Positions 37,090 through 46,017 of a stretch of 64,000 nucleotides of DNA are shown one piece after another. The position numbers and the translations under genes were made by a program. Under the pieces are notes generated by a model. That model had not been told where the DNA came from. It saw only the letters and a program-made list of their open reading frames with translations, and did not search any database. The DNA lies in the NCBI GenBank assembly GCA_902560315.1, contig CACELG010000002.1, positions 134,857-198,856 of the forward strand. Reading direction: 5' to 3'. This DNA comes from an uncultured SAR86 cluster bacterium (GTDB taxonomy: Bacteria; Pseudomonadota; Gammaproteobacteria; Magnimaribacterales; D2472). Position 1 is the stretch's first letter, and every line of letters starts with the position of its first letter.

Positions 37090-37698
37090 TTAGTTCCTTA
37101 GCTTTATCCCATTTAGAATTATGCTAGTTATTGAATTTGCTGATTCTTCTGGAGATGATTCGCTCAATCTATTCTTTTCCTTAATAAATTCTCTTCCAAT
37201 TCCCCCAAGTAAAATTGAGAATGCTTTTGAATCTATATATTGGATTTCGTTTGTTTCTATTGACTGGTTTAAAAGTTCCTCTGTAAAATTTGTAATGAAA
37301 TTTGCATGATAATCAACAATTTCTTCTAAGCCTTTAATTTTTTCAATATCCTTAAAAAAAGTGTTAAATTTTGGCCCCACAACTTGATTAACTGTAAACA
37401 AATATTTTTCTAATTTTTTTAAGGGGGACTTAATATCAGATACAGACTCTAAAGCATGCTTTCCATGTTTTCTTAAAATACTATCGGTTATCATTATGAT
37501 TAATTCATCTTTACTTGGAGCAATTTCATATAAAGTTCTTAAAGATATTTTTAAATTTGATGCTATTTGAGACATTGTTAGATCAGGAATCCCTTTCTCT
37601 AGCATTTTTTCTAAATCTTGAACTATCTCATGATGTCTTTTTGTAAAAATTTCTTGTCTTTTTACATTTAAATTTTTTTTATAATCAACATTCAGCAT
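37090..37698 (-). CDS. TetR-family transcriptional regulator (internal to operon)
   Basis: N-terminal HTH: LTMSQIASNLKISLRTLYEIAPSKDELI. Size of about 200 aa. Confidence 0.75.
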   Translation of the reverse strand: MLNVDYKKNLNVKRQEIFTKRHHEIVQDLEKMLEKGIPDLTMSQIASNLKISLRTLYEIAPSKDELIIMITDSILRKHGKHALESVSDIKSPLKKLEKYLFTVNQVVGPKFNTFFKDIEKIKGLEEIVDYHANFITNFTEELLNQSIETNEIQYIDSKAFSILLGGIGREFIKEKNRLSESSPEESANSITSIILNGIKLRN

Positions 37699-37701
37699 AA
37701 T

Positions 37702-39624
37702 TTATTTTTTAATTACCATCAGAAGTGCTCCATTTTCAACCTGGTCATTTTGACTTACAAATAATTCATCAATAACACCATCTTCGACAGCTTTTACAGT
37801 ATGTTCCATTTTCATGGCTTCTAATACTACAAGAGTGTCTCCTTTTTTAATCTTACTTCCAACTTTAACTTTAAGATCAATTACCTTACCTGGCATTGGA
37901 GCAATTAATCCCCCATCTCTAGTTTCTTGCCCAATAGATTTAAATCTAGGCAATATCTTAAATAAGATATCTCCCCATGGACCATGCACCACCAAGGTTT
38001 CATTACTTTTAGTTATTTTTGAGAAAAATCTAATATTACCTATTTCTATATCTATACCAGAAGAACTCCATTTAATAACCTTTGCTGTAATACCATCATT
38101 TAGATCAAAAGAACCATCTCTGTTAGATTTATAGGATATTAAGATCTCTTCTGAGTCTGATTTAAAGCTAATTTTTTGTTTAGGTAATCTTGAATTTGTC
38201 CATCCAGACTGAATTTCTCTTAATATTGGAGCTTTATCTCTATTTTCACCTTGAATCCATAAAGCAGCAGTTATACCAGCATGTTCGAGTTTGCCTTTGG
38301 TTAATTCGATCGATCTTTTAGGTTTAGCAATTTCAATAAAATCAGATGTAGTATTGCCTTTATGAAAATGTTTAGACCTTAAACATTCAACAAGAAAATC
38401 TCTATTGGTTGTAACACCACCTATATGAAGAGACTGAAGGGCTAAAGCTAATTTATTGGCAGCATCTGTCCTATTTTTACCTTTGGCAATTACTTTTGCC
38501 AACATTGGGTCAAAATCAGTGCCTATTATTGATCCTTTTTCTACTCCAGTATCCCACCTAGCATCTATATTTTTATCTACATCATAAGCAATCAGTGTTC
38601 CAGTGGCAGGTAAAAAGTCTTTTGAAGGATCTTCTGCGTATAACCTTGCTTCAATTGAAGATCCACTCCACGTAATGTCATCTTGAGAATAACCCAAAGT
38701 CTCACCTCTTGAGATTCTTAATTGTTCGTATACTAAATCTTTGCCTGTAACTTCTTCAGTAACAGGATGCTCTACTTGCAATCTAGTATTAACTTCTAAA
38801 AACCAAAACTCACCTGTTTTATCATCAACTAAAAACTCTACTGTTCCTGCAGATTCATATTGAAGTTTCTTTGCCAATTTAATAGCTGCATTGCCCATTG
38901 CAGTTCGCATCTCATCATCGACCCTTGGAGAGGGGGATTCTTCAATTATTTTTTGGTGCCTTCTTTGTATAGAACATTCTCTTTCACCTAAATGAACTAT
39001 ATTTCCATAAGAATCACCAAGAATTTGTATTTCAATATGTCTTGAGGAAGCCACATACCTTTCAATGAAAATTCTATCATCACCAAATCCAACCTTTGCC
39101 TCTCTTTGAGCGCTAGTAATAGAATCTTTTAGATCTTTTTTCGATTCCACAATTCGCATACCTTTTCCACCTCCACCAGCAGCAGCTTTAATAAGAAGAG
39201 GGTAGCCCACTGTGTTTGCTTTTGATGGCTCAGTTGTCATTGGTAGAGTAGGGACTCCAGCTTTATCAGCAATTTCTTTTGCTTTTAATTTGTCACCCAT
39301 AGATGTAATAACTTTAGAGCTAGGACCAACCCAGATTAAACCTGCTTTAATAACATCTCTTGAGAACTTTGCATTTTCTGACAAAAATCCATATCCAGGA
39401 TGAATTGCTTGTGCTCCTGTTCTAATGGCTGCTTCAATAATTTCTTTACCATTAAGATAGGTATCAGTGAGTTTAATAGCTTCATCAGCCAATTTTACAA
39501 ACGGAGATTCGGAATCAGCATCAGTGTATACTGCAACACATGAAATGCCCATCTCATGAGCAGTTTTCATTATTCTACAAGCGATTTCACCTCTATTTGC
39601 AATAAGTAATTTATGATATGTCAT
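37702..39624 (-). CDS. Acyl-CoA carboxylase alpha subunit (biotin carboxylase + BCCP; methylcrotonyl/geranyl-CoA carboxylase type)
   Basis: KLLIANRGEIACRI, ATP-grasp GGGGKGMR, EVNTRLQVEHPVTE, and C-terminal biotinylation motif LEAMKMEH. Confidence 0.9.
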   Translation of the reverse strand: MTYHKLLIANRGEIACRIMKTAHEMGISCVAVYTDADSESPFVKLADEAIKLTDTYLNGKEIIEAAIRTGAQAIHPGYGFLSENAKFSRDVIKAGLIWVGPSSKVITSMGDKLKAKEIADKAGVPTLPMTTEPSKANTVGYPLLIKAAAGGGGKGMRIVESKKDLKDSITSAQREAKVGFGDDRIFIERYVASSRHIEIQILGDSYGNIVHLGERECSIQRRHQKIIEESPSPRVDDEMRTAMGNAAIKLAKKLQYESAGTVEFLVDDKTGEFWFLEVNTRLQVEHPVTEEVTGKDLVYEQLRISRGETLGYSQDDITWSGSSIEARLYAEDPSKDFLPATGTLIAYDVDKNIDARWDTGVEKGSIIGTDFDPMLAKVIAKGKNRTDAANKLALALQSLHIGGVTTNRDFLVECLRSKHFHKGNTTSDFIEIAKPKRSIELTKGKLEHAGITAALWIQGENRDKAPILREIQSGWTNSRLPKQKISFKSDSEEILISYKSNRDGSFDLNDGITAKVIKWSSSGIDIEIGNIRFFSKITKSNETLVVHGPWGDILFKILPRFKSIGQETRDGGLIAPMPGKVIDLKVKVGSKIKKGDTLVVLEAMKMEHTVKAVEDGVIDELFVSQNDQVENGALLMVIKK

Positions 39625-41276
39625 AGTCTGTATACTCCGTAACCAGGAGCACCCTCAATATTTCTTCCATTAACAATTGACAAACATATTCCTAATACAG
39701 TTCTAGTATCTCTTGGATCTATAATTCCATCATCACTTATGGCTCCAGTTGCTCTTAAAGCAAGTGATCCTTCTTCTTGTAGCTTTTCAGCATAAGCAAC
39801 CAATTCAGCATCTTCTTTTTCATTAAATTTTTCACCTTTTCTAGCAGCTCTTGCTCTTCTTACAATAGACATTACACCAGCAATTTGTTTTGGACCCATT
39901 ACCGCAATCTTTGCTGTTGGCCATAAAAACGTAAATTTATTATCAAATGCTCTTCCTGACATTGCATATGTTCCAGCACCATAACTTGCTCCTAAAATAA
40001 TTGTAAGATGAGGTACCGTAGAGTTTGAGACTGAGTTTAAGAATTGGGCTCCTTTTTTAATTTGTCCATCTCTTTCATAATCTTTTCCAACAACAAAACC
40101 TGTAATATTTTGTAAAAAGATAATTGGAATATCAATTTGATTACAAAGTTGAACAAAATGCGCTCCCTTAGATGCAGTATCTGGAAAAATAGGACCATTA
40201 TTTCCAATTATTCCAACTGTATAGCCATGAATTGAAGCAAATCCACAAACCATTGTTGGCCCAAATAATGGTTTAAATTCTTCAAACCTAGAGCCATCAG
40301 TTATTCTTCCAATAACTTCTCTTACATCAAATGGTTTTTTCAGATCTTCATCCACCAAACCAAGTAAATCTTCTGAATCAAGTATTGGGTCATCCGGAAT
40401 AAGCTTTGGTTTTGTTCCTTCTTTTCTCCAATTTAGATGAGATACCACCTCTCTGCCTATTCTTAGAGCATCCATTTCATCTTCAGCTAAATAATCTGCT
40501 AAACCTGAAACTTCGGCATGCATTTGGCCACCACCCAAAGTTTCATCATCAGACTCTTCTCCTGTAGCCATTTTTACTAAGGGAGGCCCACCAAGAAATA
40601 CTTTAGATTGTTTTTTAATAAATATATTGTAATCCGACATACCTGGTTGATATGCACCACCAGCAGTAGAGGAACCAAATACCAGTGATATTGTTGGTAT
40701 CCTTAATTTAGACAGCTCTGTAACATCATAGAAAGTTCTACCAGACTCGGCAAAATGCCCAGCGCCTAAAATATTTCCTCTCTGCGCATCCTTTCCTTTG
40801 CCACCACCCATTCTAAGATCCCCACCGGATGACTCTACAAATTGAACGTAAGGTATTTTATTAACTCTTGCTATTTCCATTGCACGAGTCCACTTTTTTG
40901 CAGAATAAGTATGCATAGCTCCTGCTAGTACGGTTGGATCATTACCAAAAATTACACATTCTGTGCCAGCCACAATTCCAACACCAGCAACAGCGCCACC
41001 TCCTACTGGATAAACAGATCCGTATGCAGCTAAAGAACTAATTTCAAGAAAAGGTGAGTCTGGATCAATAAAATTTGCTATTCTGCTTCTAATTGACATC
41101 TTGCCCCTAGAAGCAAGCCTTTCATGATGGTGCATACCACCACCTAGTTCTGCAAAGTCTAATAGATCTTCTATTTCATCCAGCTTTTTAAGCATGTCAC
41201 TTTTATTTTTTTGATATTCTTTTGACTGAATATTTATATTTGTTTTTATTGTTTGAGCTATATTTTTCTGTTTCAT
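39621..41276 (-). CDS. Acyl-CoA carboxylase beta subunit (carboxyltransferase; methylcrotonyl/geranyl-CoA carboxylase type)
   Basis: Two-lobed carboxyltransferase pattern: GNDPTVLAGAM, SSGGDLRMGG..., GASYGAGTYAM. 4-nt overlap with the alpha subunit gene. Confidence 0.9.
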   Translation of the reverse strand: MKQKNIAQTIKTNINIQSKEYQKNKSDMLKKLDEIEDLLDFAELGGGMHHHERLASRGKMSIRSRIANFIDPDSPFLEISSLAAYGSVYPVGGGAVAGVGIVAGTECVIFGNDPTVLAGAMHTYSAKKWTRAMEIARVNKIPYVQFVESSGGDLRMGGGKGKDAQRGNILGAGHFAESGRTFYDVTELSKLRIPTISLVFGSSTAGGAYQPGMSDYNIFIKKQSKVFLGGPPLVKMATGEESDDETLGGGQMHAEVSGLADYLAEDEMDALRIGREVVSHLNWRKEGTKPKLIPDDPILDSEDLLGLVDEDLKKPFDVREVIGRITDGSRFEEFKPLFGPTMVCGFASIHGYTVGIIGNNGPIFPDTASKGAHFVQLCNQIDIPIIFLQNITGFVVGKDYERDGQIKKGAQFLNSVSNSTVPHLTIILGASYGAGTYAMSGRAFDNKFTFLWPTAKIAVMGPKQIAGVMSIVRRARAARKGEKFNEKEDAELVAYAEKLQEEGSLALRATGAISDDGIIDPRDTRTVLGICLSIVNGRNIEGAPGYGVYRL

Positions 41277-41303
41277 AGATTAAAATTTTTATACAAGAAT
41301 TAA

Positions 41304-41339
41304 TTATTGGTAATATTATACCTATTATATTACCAATAA
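41304..41339. promoter_or_regulatory. Perfect 13-bp inverted repeat (TTATTGGTAATAT-N10-ATATTACCAATAA) in the ligase/carboxylase intercistronic gap
   Basis: Checked base by base: 41304-41316 is the exact reverse complement of 41327-41339. It sits in the only sizeable gap (99 bp) of the operon. It is either a candidate operator or an RNA stem. Confidence 0.4.
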
Positions 41340-41375
41340 CAAAGTATCATATAAAATATTAATAATTGTTATCTT

Positions 41376-43070
41376 TTATGCTGTTTCTTGTTCTTTTAAA
41401 CCAAGTTCTTTGATACTAGTTTCACGCATTTTATATTTCTGAACCTTTCCAGTTACTGTCATTGGGAAATCGTCTCCAAGTCTAATATATCTAGGTACTT
41501 TATAATGAGCGACCTTTCCTTTACAAAATTCTTTAATATCATCTTCAGAAAGGTTTTTACCCTCTTTAAGACTTATCCAAGCAATTATTTCTTCACCATA
41601 CTTAGGGTCTGGTACTCCTGTGACTTGAACTGCTTCGATATCTTCATGTGCCATCAAGAAATCTTCTATCTCAACTGGATAGATGTTTTCTCCTCCTCTA
41701 ACGATCATATCTTTAATACGACCTACAATATTTACATATCCATCTTCATCCATTACTGCAGTATCACCTGTATGCATCCATCCTTTAGAATCTATAGCTG
41801 ATTCGGTTCCTTCAGGATTTTCCCAATAACCTAGCATTACTGAGTAACCTCTTGTACATAATTCACCAGCTTCACCAACAGCACAGATTTTTCCTGTATC
41901 AGGATCAATGATTTTTACTTGAACATGTGGGTGAACGCTGCCAACTGTGCCGACACGTTTTTCCATAGGAGAATCAACTTTTGTTTGAAAGCTTACCGGA
42001 CTTGTTTCAGTCATTCCATAGGCTATTTCAACCTCTGTCATATGCATTAACTCAATCACTTGTTTCATAGTTTCTATAGGGCAGGGTGAGCCAGCCATGA
42101 GTCCAGTTCTTAAACTTGATAAGTCATATTCCTTAAAATTAGACAATGCTAGCTCGGCAATAAACATTGTAGGAACACCATGAAGGGCAGTAGCATTCTC
42201 ATCCTCAACTGCTTTTAAAGCTAAATCAGGCTCAAAACCTTCACTTGGATAAATTACACATGCTGCATGGGTTAGACAGGCAAGATTAGCTAAGACCATG
42301 CCAAAACAATGATAAAGTGGAACTGGCACAACAAGTCTATCTTTTTCGGTAAAATTCATGGTAGCACCGGTAAAATATCCATTATTAAGAATATTGTGAT
42401 GACTTAAAGTTGCTCCTTTAGGAAAACCTGTTGTTCCACTTGTATATTGAATATTGATTGCATCATCTACATCTAGCTCGTCTTGGCGAGTCTCTAATTC
42501 TTTATCATCGATATTTTTTGATAAATTTAAAAAATCTTTCCAATCATATATTCCTTTTACTTTAGAAGAAGTCATCGAAATTATAGTAGTAAGATTTTCA
42601 AATTTATTTGATTTAAGCTCGCCAGGATTAACTTCATTAATCTCGGGACAAATTTCGCAGATCATTGATTCATAATCTGAGGTTTTGAATTGATTTTGTA
42701 GAATTAATCCCTTACAACCAGACTGACCTAGGACATAATCAAGTTCATGAGATCGATATGCTGGATTGATGGTAACGAGGATTACTCCTGCTTTAGCTGC
42801 GGCATATTGTGTTAATAACCATTCAACATTATTAGATGACCATATACCAACCCTTTCTCCCTTTTTAAAACCTGAAGATATCAAAGCTTTAGATAATGTA
42901 TTAACTTCTTTCGCTAATTCATCATAGGTAAATCTTATATTTTGATGAATAGATACTATTGCTTCTCTTTCAGGATATTTTGAAGCAATTTCGTCAAATT
43001 TATTTCCTATAGTGTCTCCTAAAAGAGGTTTGTTTGAGGTTCCACTCGCATAGCTAATTTTTTTAGACAT
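41376..43070 (-). CDS. AMP-dependent acyl-CoA synthetase/ligase
   Basis: [33 protein letters not shown] and the terminal [10 protein letters not shown] motif. Confidence 0.85.
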   Translation of the reverse strand: MSKKISYASGTSNKPLLGDTIGNKFDEIASKYPEREAIVSIHQNIRFTYDELAKEVNTLSKALISSGFKKGERVGIWSSNNVEWLLTQYAAAKAGVILVTINPAYRSHELDYVLGQSGCKGLILQNQFKTSDYESMICEICPEINEVNPGELKSNKFENLTTIISMTSSKVKGIYDWKDFLNLSKNIDDKELETRQDELDVDDAINIQYTSGTTGFPKGATLSHHNILNNGYFTGATMNFTEKDRLVVPVPLYHCFGMVLANLACLTHAACVIYPSEGFEPDLALKAVEDENATALHGVPTMFIAELALSNFKEYDLSSLRTGLMAGSPCPIETMKQVIELMHMTEVEIAYGMTETSPVSFQTKVDSPMEKRVGTVGSVHPHVQVKIIDPDTGKICAVGEAGELCTRGYSVMLGYWENPEGTESAIDSKGWMHTGDTAVMDEDGYVNIVGRIKDMIVRGGENIYPVEIEDFLMAHEDIEAVQVTGVPDPKYGEEIIAWISLKEGKNLSEDDIKEFCKGKVAHYKVPRYIRLGDDFPMTVTGKVQKYKMRETSIKELGLKEQETA

Positions 43071-44364
43071 TTTTCATTTCTCCAAAAGCATGTACACCCT
43101 TTAACATAAAGAAGATTCCAACTGGACCAATTAAAACTGACACTAATGATAAAGACTTTGCAACAGCATTAGGATCTTGAAAGATAAAATCAGTACTAGA
43201 GGCCACTAAAAAAGGCCCTAAAACCAATCCAAAGACACTTGTTACAACAACATAAATACCTGTTATAACTCCTCTTATTCGATTAGGTGAAACTATTACC
43301 ATTGCACTAGATGTGCCAGCTAAGGGTAGTGTTACAAAAAAACTTGCAAGCGTTATAAATATTAAAGCAATATTTACATTTGCTTGAAAAGGTAAAAGAA
43401 CTAAACTTAGTGAGGCCATTGAAATACCAAAAATTGCCAGTTTAAAGTGAGGCGCAGAAATATTTTTTTTATTCATCAATTTCAATACAAAAGGTCCTGA
43501 TAGAACTCCTGCAGAGCCAGCCAACATTGCTATCAATCCATATACTCTGCCTGATTGAATTAAATCCCATTCATATACTCTTAATAACATTGTAGGAACC
43601 CATGACTGCAGACCATATAGCAATATTATTAAACATGAATTACCAATAATAATTGCACCATAAACTTGCCAATTATTCTTTATATATTCAGCAATTTTTT
43701 TAAATGAAGGAGCTTCATTTGATTCAATTTCTTTAATTCTACGTTTTGGTTCACGAATAGTTAAAAATAAACAAGCTACCAATATTCCAGGTAAACCAAC
43801 AGCAATAAATGTTAATTGCCATGGAGCAACTTCACCAATTATAGGTAGAACAATATTACTATCCATCTGAGATGTCCAATCAAGAACCTGAGCTCCAAAT
43901 ATCATAGCAATTCCAGCACCTAGGTAGGGACCTAACAAATAAATACTCATTGGAGATGCGATTTTGTCCGAATCAAAATAATCACCTAAAATAGAAATAG
44001 ATCCAGGATGAACAGTCGATTCTCCTGCTCCAATCCCCATTCTTGCAATAAACATACTGATATAATTTTTTGAAAACCCACAGGCTACTGTTGCAATACT
44101 CCAAACTAAGAGACCAATAATCATCACAGACACTCTATGCGTTTTATCTATAATTCTTCCTATAGGAACACACAAACCTACATATGTAATAACAAAAGCT
44201 AATCCCTGTAATGCGCTTATTTGTGTGTCTGTAATATTTAAGTCATTTTGGATGGGAACGACTAATAAATTTAAGACTTGCCTATCAATAAATGAAAAAG
44301 TGAAACCAATTAATAAAATAAATGCTACATACCATCCATATGTATTAACTTTTTTAGATTGCAT
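43063..44364 (-). CDS. MFS transporter
   Basis: About 12 predicted TM helices, with an IGRIIDK loop after TM2 typical of MFS proteins. 8-nt overlap with the downstream ligase. Confidence 0.8.
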   Translation of the reverse strand: MQSKKVNTYGWYVAFILLIGFTFSFIDRQVLNLLVVPIQNDLNITDTQISALQGLAFVITYVGLCVPIGRIIDKTHRVSVMIIGLLVWSIATVACGFSKNYISMFIARMGIGAGESTVHPGSISILGDYFDSDKIASPMSIYLLGPYLGAGIAMIFGAQVLDWTSQMDSNIVLPIIGEVAPWQLTFIAVGLPGILVACLFLTIREPKRRIKEIESNEAPSFKKIAEYIKNNWQVYGAIIIGNSCLIILLYGLQSWVPTMLLRVYEWDLIQSGRVYGLIAMLAGSAGVLSGPFVLKLMNKKNISAPHFKLAIFGISMASLSLVLLPFQANVNIALIFITLASFFVTLPLAGTSSAMVIVSPNRIRGVITGIYVVVTSVFGLVLGPFLVASSTDFIFQDPNAVAKSLSLVSVLIGPVGIFFMLKGVHAFGEMKNV

Positions 44365-44372
44365 AAAAAAAA

Positions 44373-45224
44373 TTATAATTTTTTAAGATCATCAAACATT
44401 TCTGGCAGATCTTGATCTCCATGACCATGGTTTTTTATATCACTCGTCATCATTGCATACATTTCACTTGTTACATGATGTGAAAAATCATCAGTAAAGA
44501 TTCTTTTCCAATATCTTCTAGCTACAGCAGCTGTTACTCTTCTAGTAACTCGATCAAGTTTCATCATTTTTTCTGCAAGCTCCCATGCTCTTTTTAATAG
44601 TTTGTCTTTGGGAAGGACTTCATTTACTACTCCCCATTCTAATGCTTGTTTTGCATCAAACGACTCAGCTGAGTACATAAAGCCATTAGCTCTTTTAAGC
44701 CCAAGTAATTTTTGAAATACTAAGAATTGACCATCTCCTGGAACCAAACCAACTTCAAGATGACCTTCAAAAAATTTTGTAGTATCTGAACAAAGTGTTA
44801 TGTCACATAACAATGGAAACTCTGTATGAAATCCTGGACCATTAATTACAGATATTATAGGAACATCAATATTCCATAGCAGGTTTTCACATAGCTTATG
44901 TGCATCTAGATATTCCCAATCATAATTTTCTTTTCTAAATGTCTTATTATCTTTTTCAATTTCAGCCCAGCTTTCTTTATCAAACTCTCTTAACCAAAAA
45001 TCTCCAGTTCCTGTTAGTATGATTACTTCATTTTTTCTATCCGCACCAATAATAGGGAATATCTGAGGCAGGGCTCTATGAAGTTCCTTGCTCCATTTAG
45101 CTTCTTTGTTATCAGTATGCATTCTTATTTCTAAAATACCGTTTTTACGATTAAAGATAAAAAAATCTTTAAAAAGATCTTGATATTCTTCTAATTGCAT
45201 ATCTTTTACTGTATTTAAAGGCAT
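44373..45224 (-). CDS. Crotonase-superfamily protein (enoyl-CoA hydratase/isomerase-related)
   Basis: VIILTGTGDFW, ISVINGPG.H and GDGQFLV blocks of the crotonase fold. First gene of the minus-strand operon. Confidence 0.75.
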   Translation of the reverse strand: MPLNTVKDMQLEEYQDLFKDFFIFNRKNGILEIRMHTDNKEAKWSKELHRALPQIFPIIGADRKNEVIILTGTGDFWLREFDKESWAEIEKDNKTFRKENYDWEYLDAHKLCENLLWNIDVPIISVINGPGFHTEFPLLCDITLCSDTTKFFEGHLEVGLVPGDGQFLVFQKLLGLKRANGFMYSAESFDAKQALEWGVVNEVLPKDKLLKRAWELAEKMMKLDRVTRRVTAAVARRYWKRIFTDDFSHHVTSEMYAMMTSDIKNHGHGDQDLPEMFDDLKKL

Positions 45225-45255
45225 AGATTTCGCTCCAAAATATTTGTGTATTATA

Positions 45256-45272
45256 AACTGAGAATAGTCTCA
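45256..45272. promoter_or_regulatory. Candidate TetR operator site 1: AACTGAGA-atag-TCTCA
   Basis: Lies in the divergent crotonase/TetR promoter region, 32 nt from the crotonase ATG and 64 nt from the TetR ATG. The same motif occurs at 48286 and 48343. Confidence 0.45.
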
Positions 45273-45335
45273 AAAACCATATTTATAATCTTAATGACAA
45301 AAAATATTTTTTGAAGATAATATAATCATATACAC

Positions 45336-45956
45336 ATGAAAAGTTTTTTAAATAAAAAAAATCGGAATAAGAAGCAACAGACTAAGCAAGATATTATTGA
45401 TGCTGCTATAAAAGTGATTGCAAAATCTGGCAGAGATACTGCCTCAATTTTAGAAATTACCAAAGTTGCAAAAGTCGCAAACGGAACCTTCTATTATCAT
45501 TTTAAAAATAAAGAAAAGTTATTGGATGCTGTTGGAGAAACAATTATTGGAGAAATCACAGACTCTTATGAAATAGACTGGACTTCAGCAAAAGAAGATT
45601 GTGCAATTCTTTTTGCAAATGCTACGAAAACTAATTTAATAAATTGCTCCCAAGATTCTCTTTGGCTAGCTGTTATTATTGATTCATTTCATACAAGAGG
45701 AAAAATACCTCCAATCTTAAGAGGATATAATAAAAGTCTTGTTGCCCATATAGAGTTTGGATTATCAAAAGACAGATATGATACAAAAATAGATGATAAC
45801 TTACTCGCAAATATGCAGTCTATTAATCGAAATGCTTTAATTATGATTTCCGAAGGGAAGAGTGTTAAAAAAACAATTCAGCAAGCAATAGAAGCAAAAC
45901 TGAGAATCTTAGGTATCACACCAAAAGAAGCACGAAAGATTTCAATTAGTGCATAA
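45336..45956 (+). CDS. TetR-family transcriptional regulator (divergent from catabolic operon)
   Basis: HTH: SILEITKVAKVANGTFYYHFKNKEKLL. Size of about 206 aa. Confidence 0.8.
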   Translation: MKSFLNKKNRNKKQQTKQDIIDAAIKVIAKSGRDTASILEITKVAKVANGTFYYHFKNKEKLLDAVGETIIGEITDSYEIDWTSAKEDCAILFANATKTNLINCSQDSLWLAVIIDSFHTRGKIPPILRGYNKSLVAHIEFGLSKDRYDTKIDDNLLANMQSINRNALIMISEGKSVKKTIQQAIEAKLRILGITPKEARKISISA

Positions 45957-45957
45957 A

Positions 45958-45985
45958 AAAGGGCTATATAAATAGCCCTTTATTT
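45958..45985. terminator. Bidirectional Rho-independent terminator between convergent TetR and TonB-receptor genes
   Basis: Stem GGGCTAT (45961-45967) / ATAGCCC (45972-45978) with loop ATAA. The stem extends by three A-T pairs. It is flanked by an A-run upstream and TTTATTT downstream, so a U-tract follows on either strand. Confidence 0.7.
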
Positions 45986-46017
45986 CCTTTAACTAATGTC
46001 TCTAGGGGATCTTTAGT

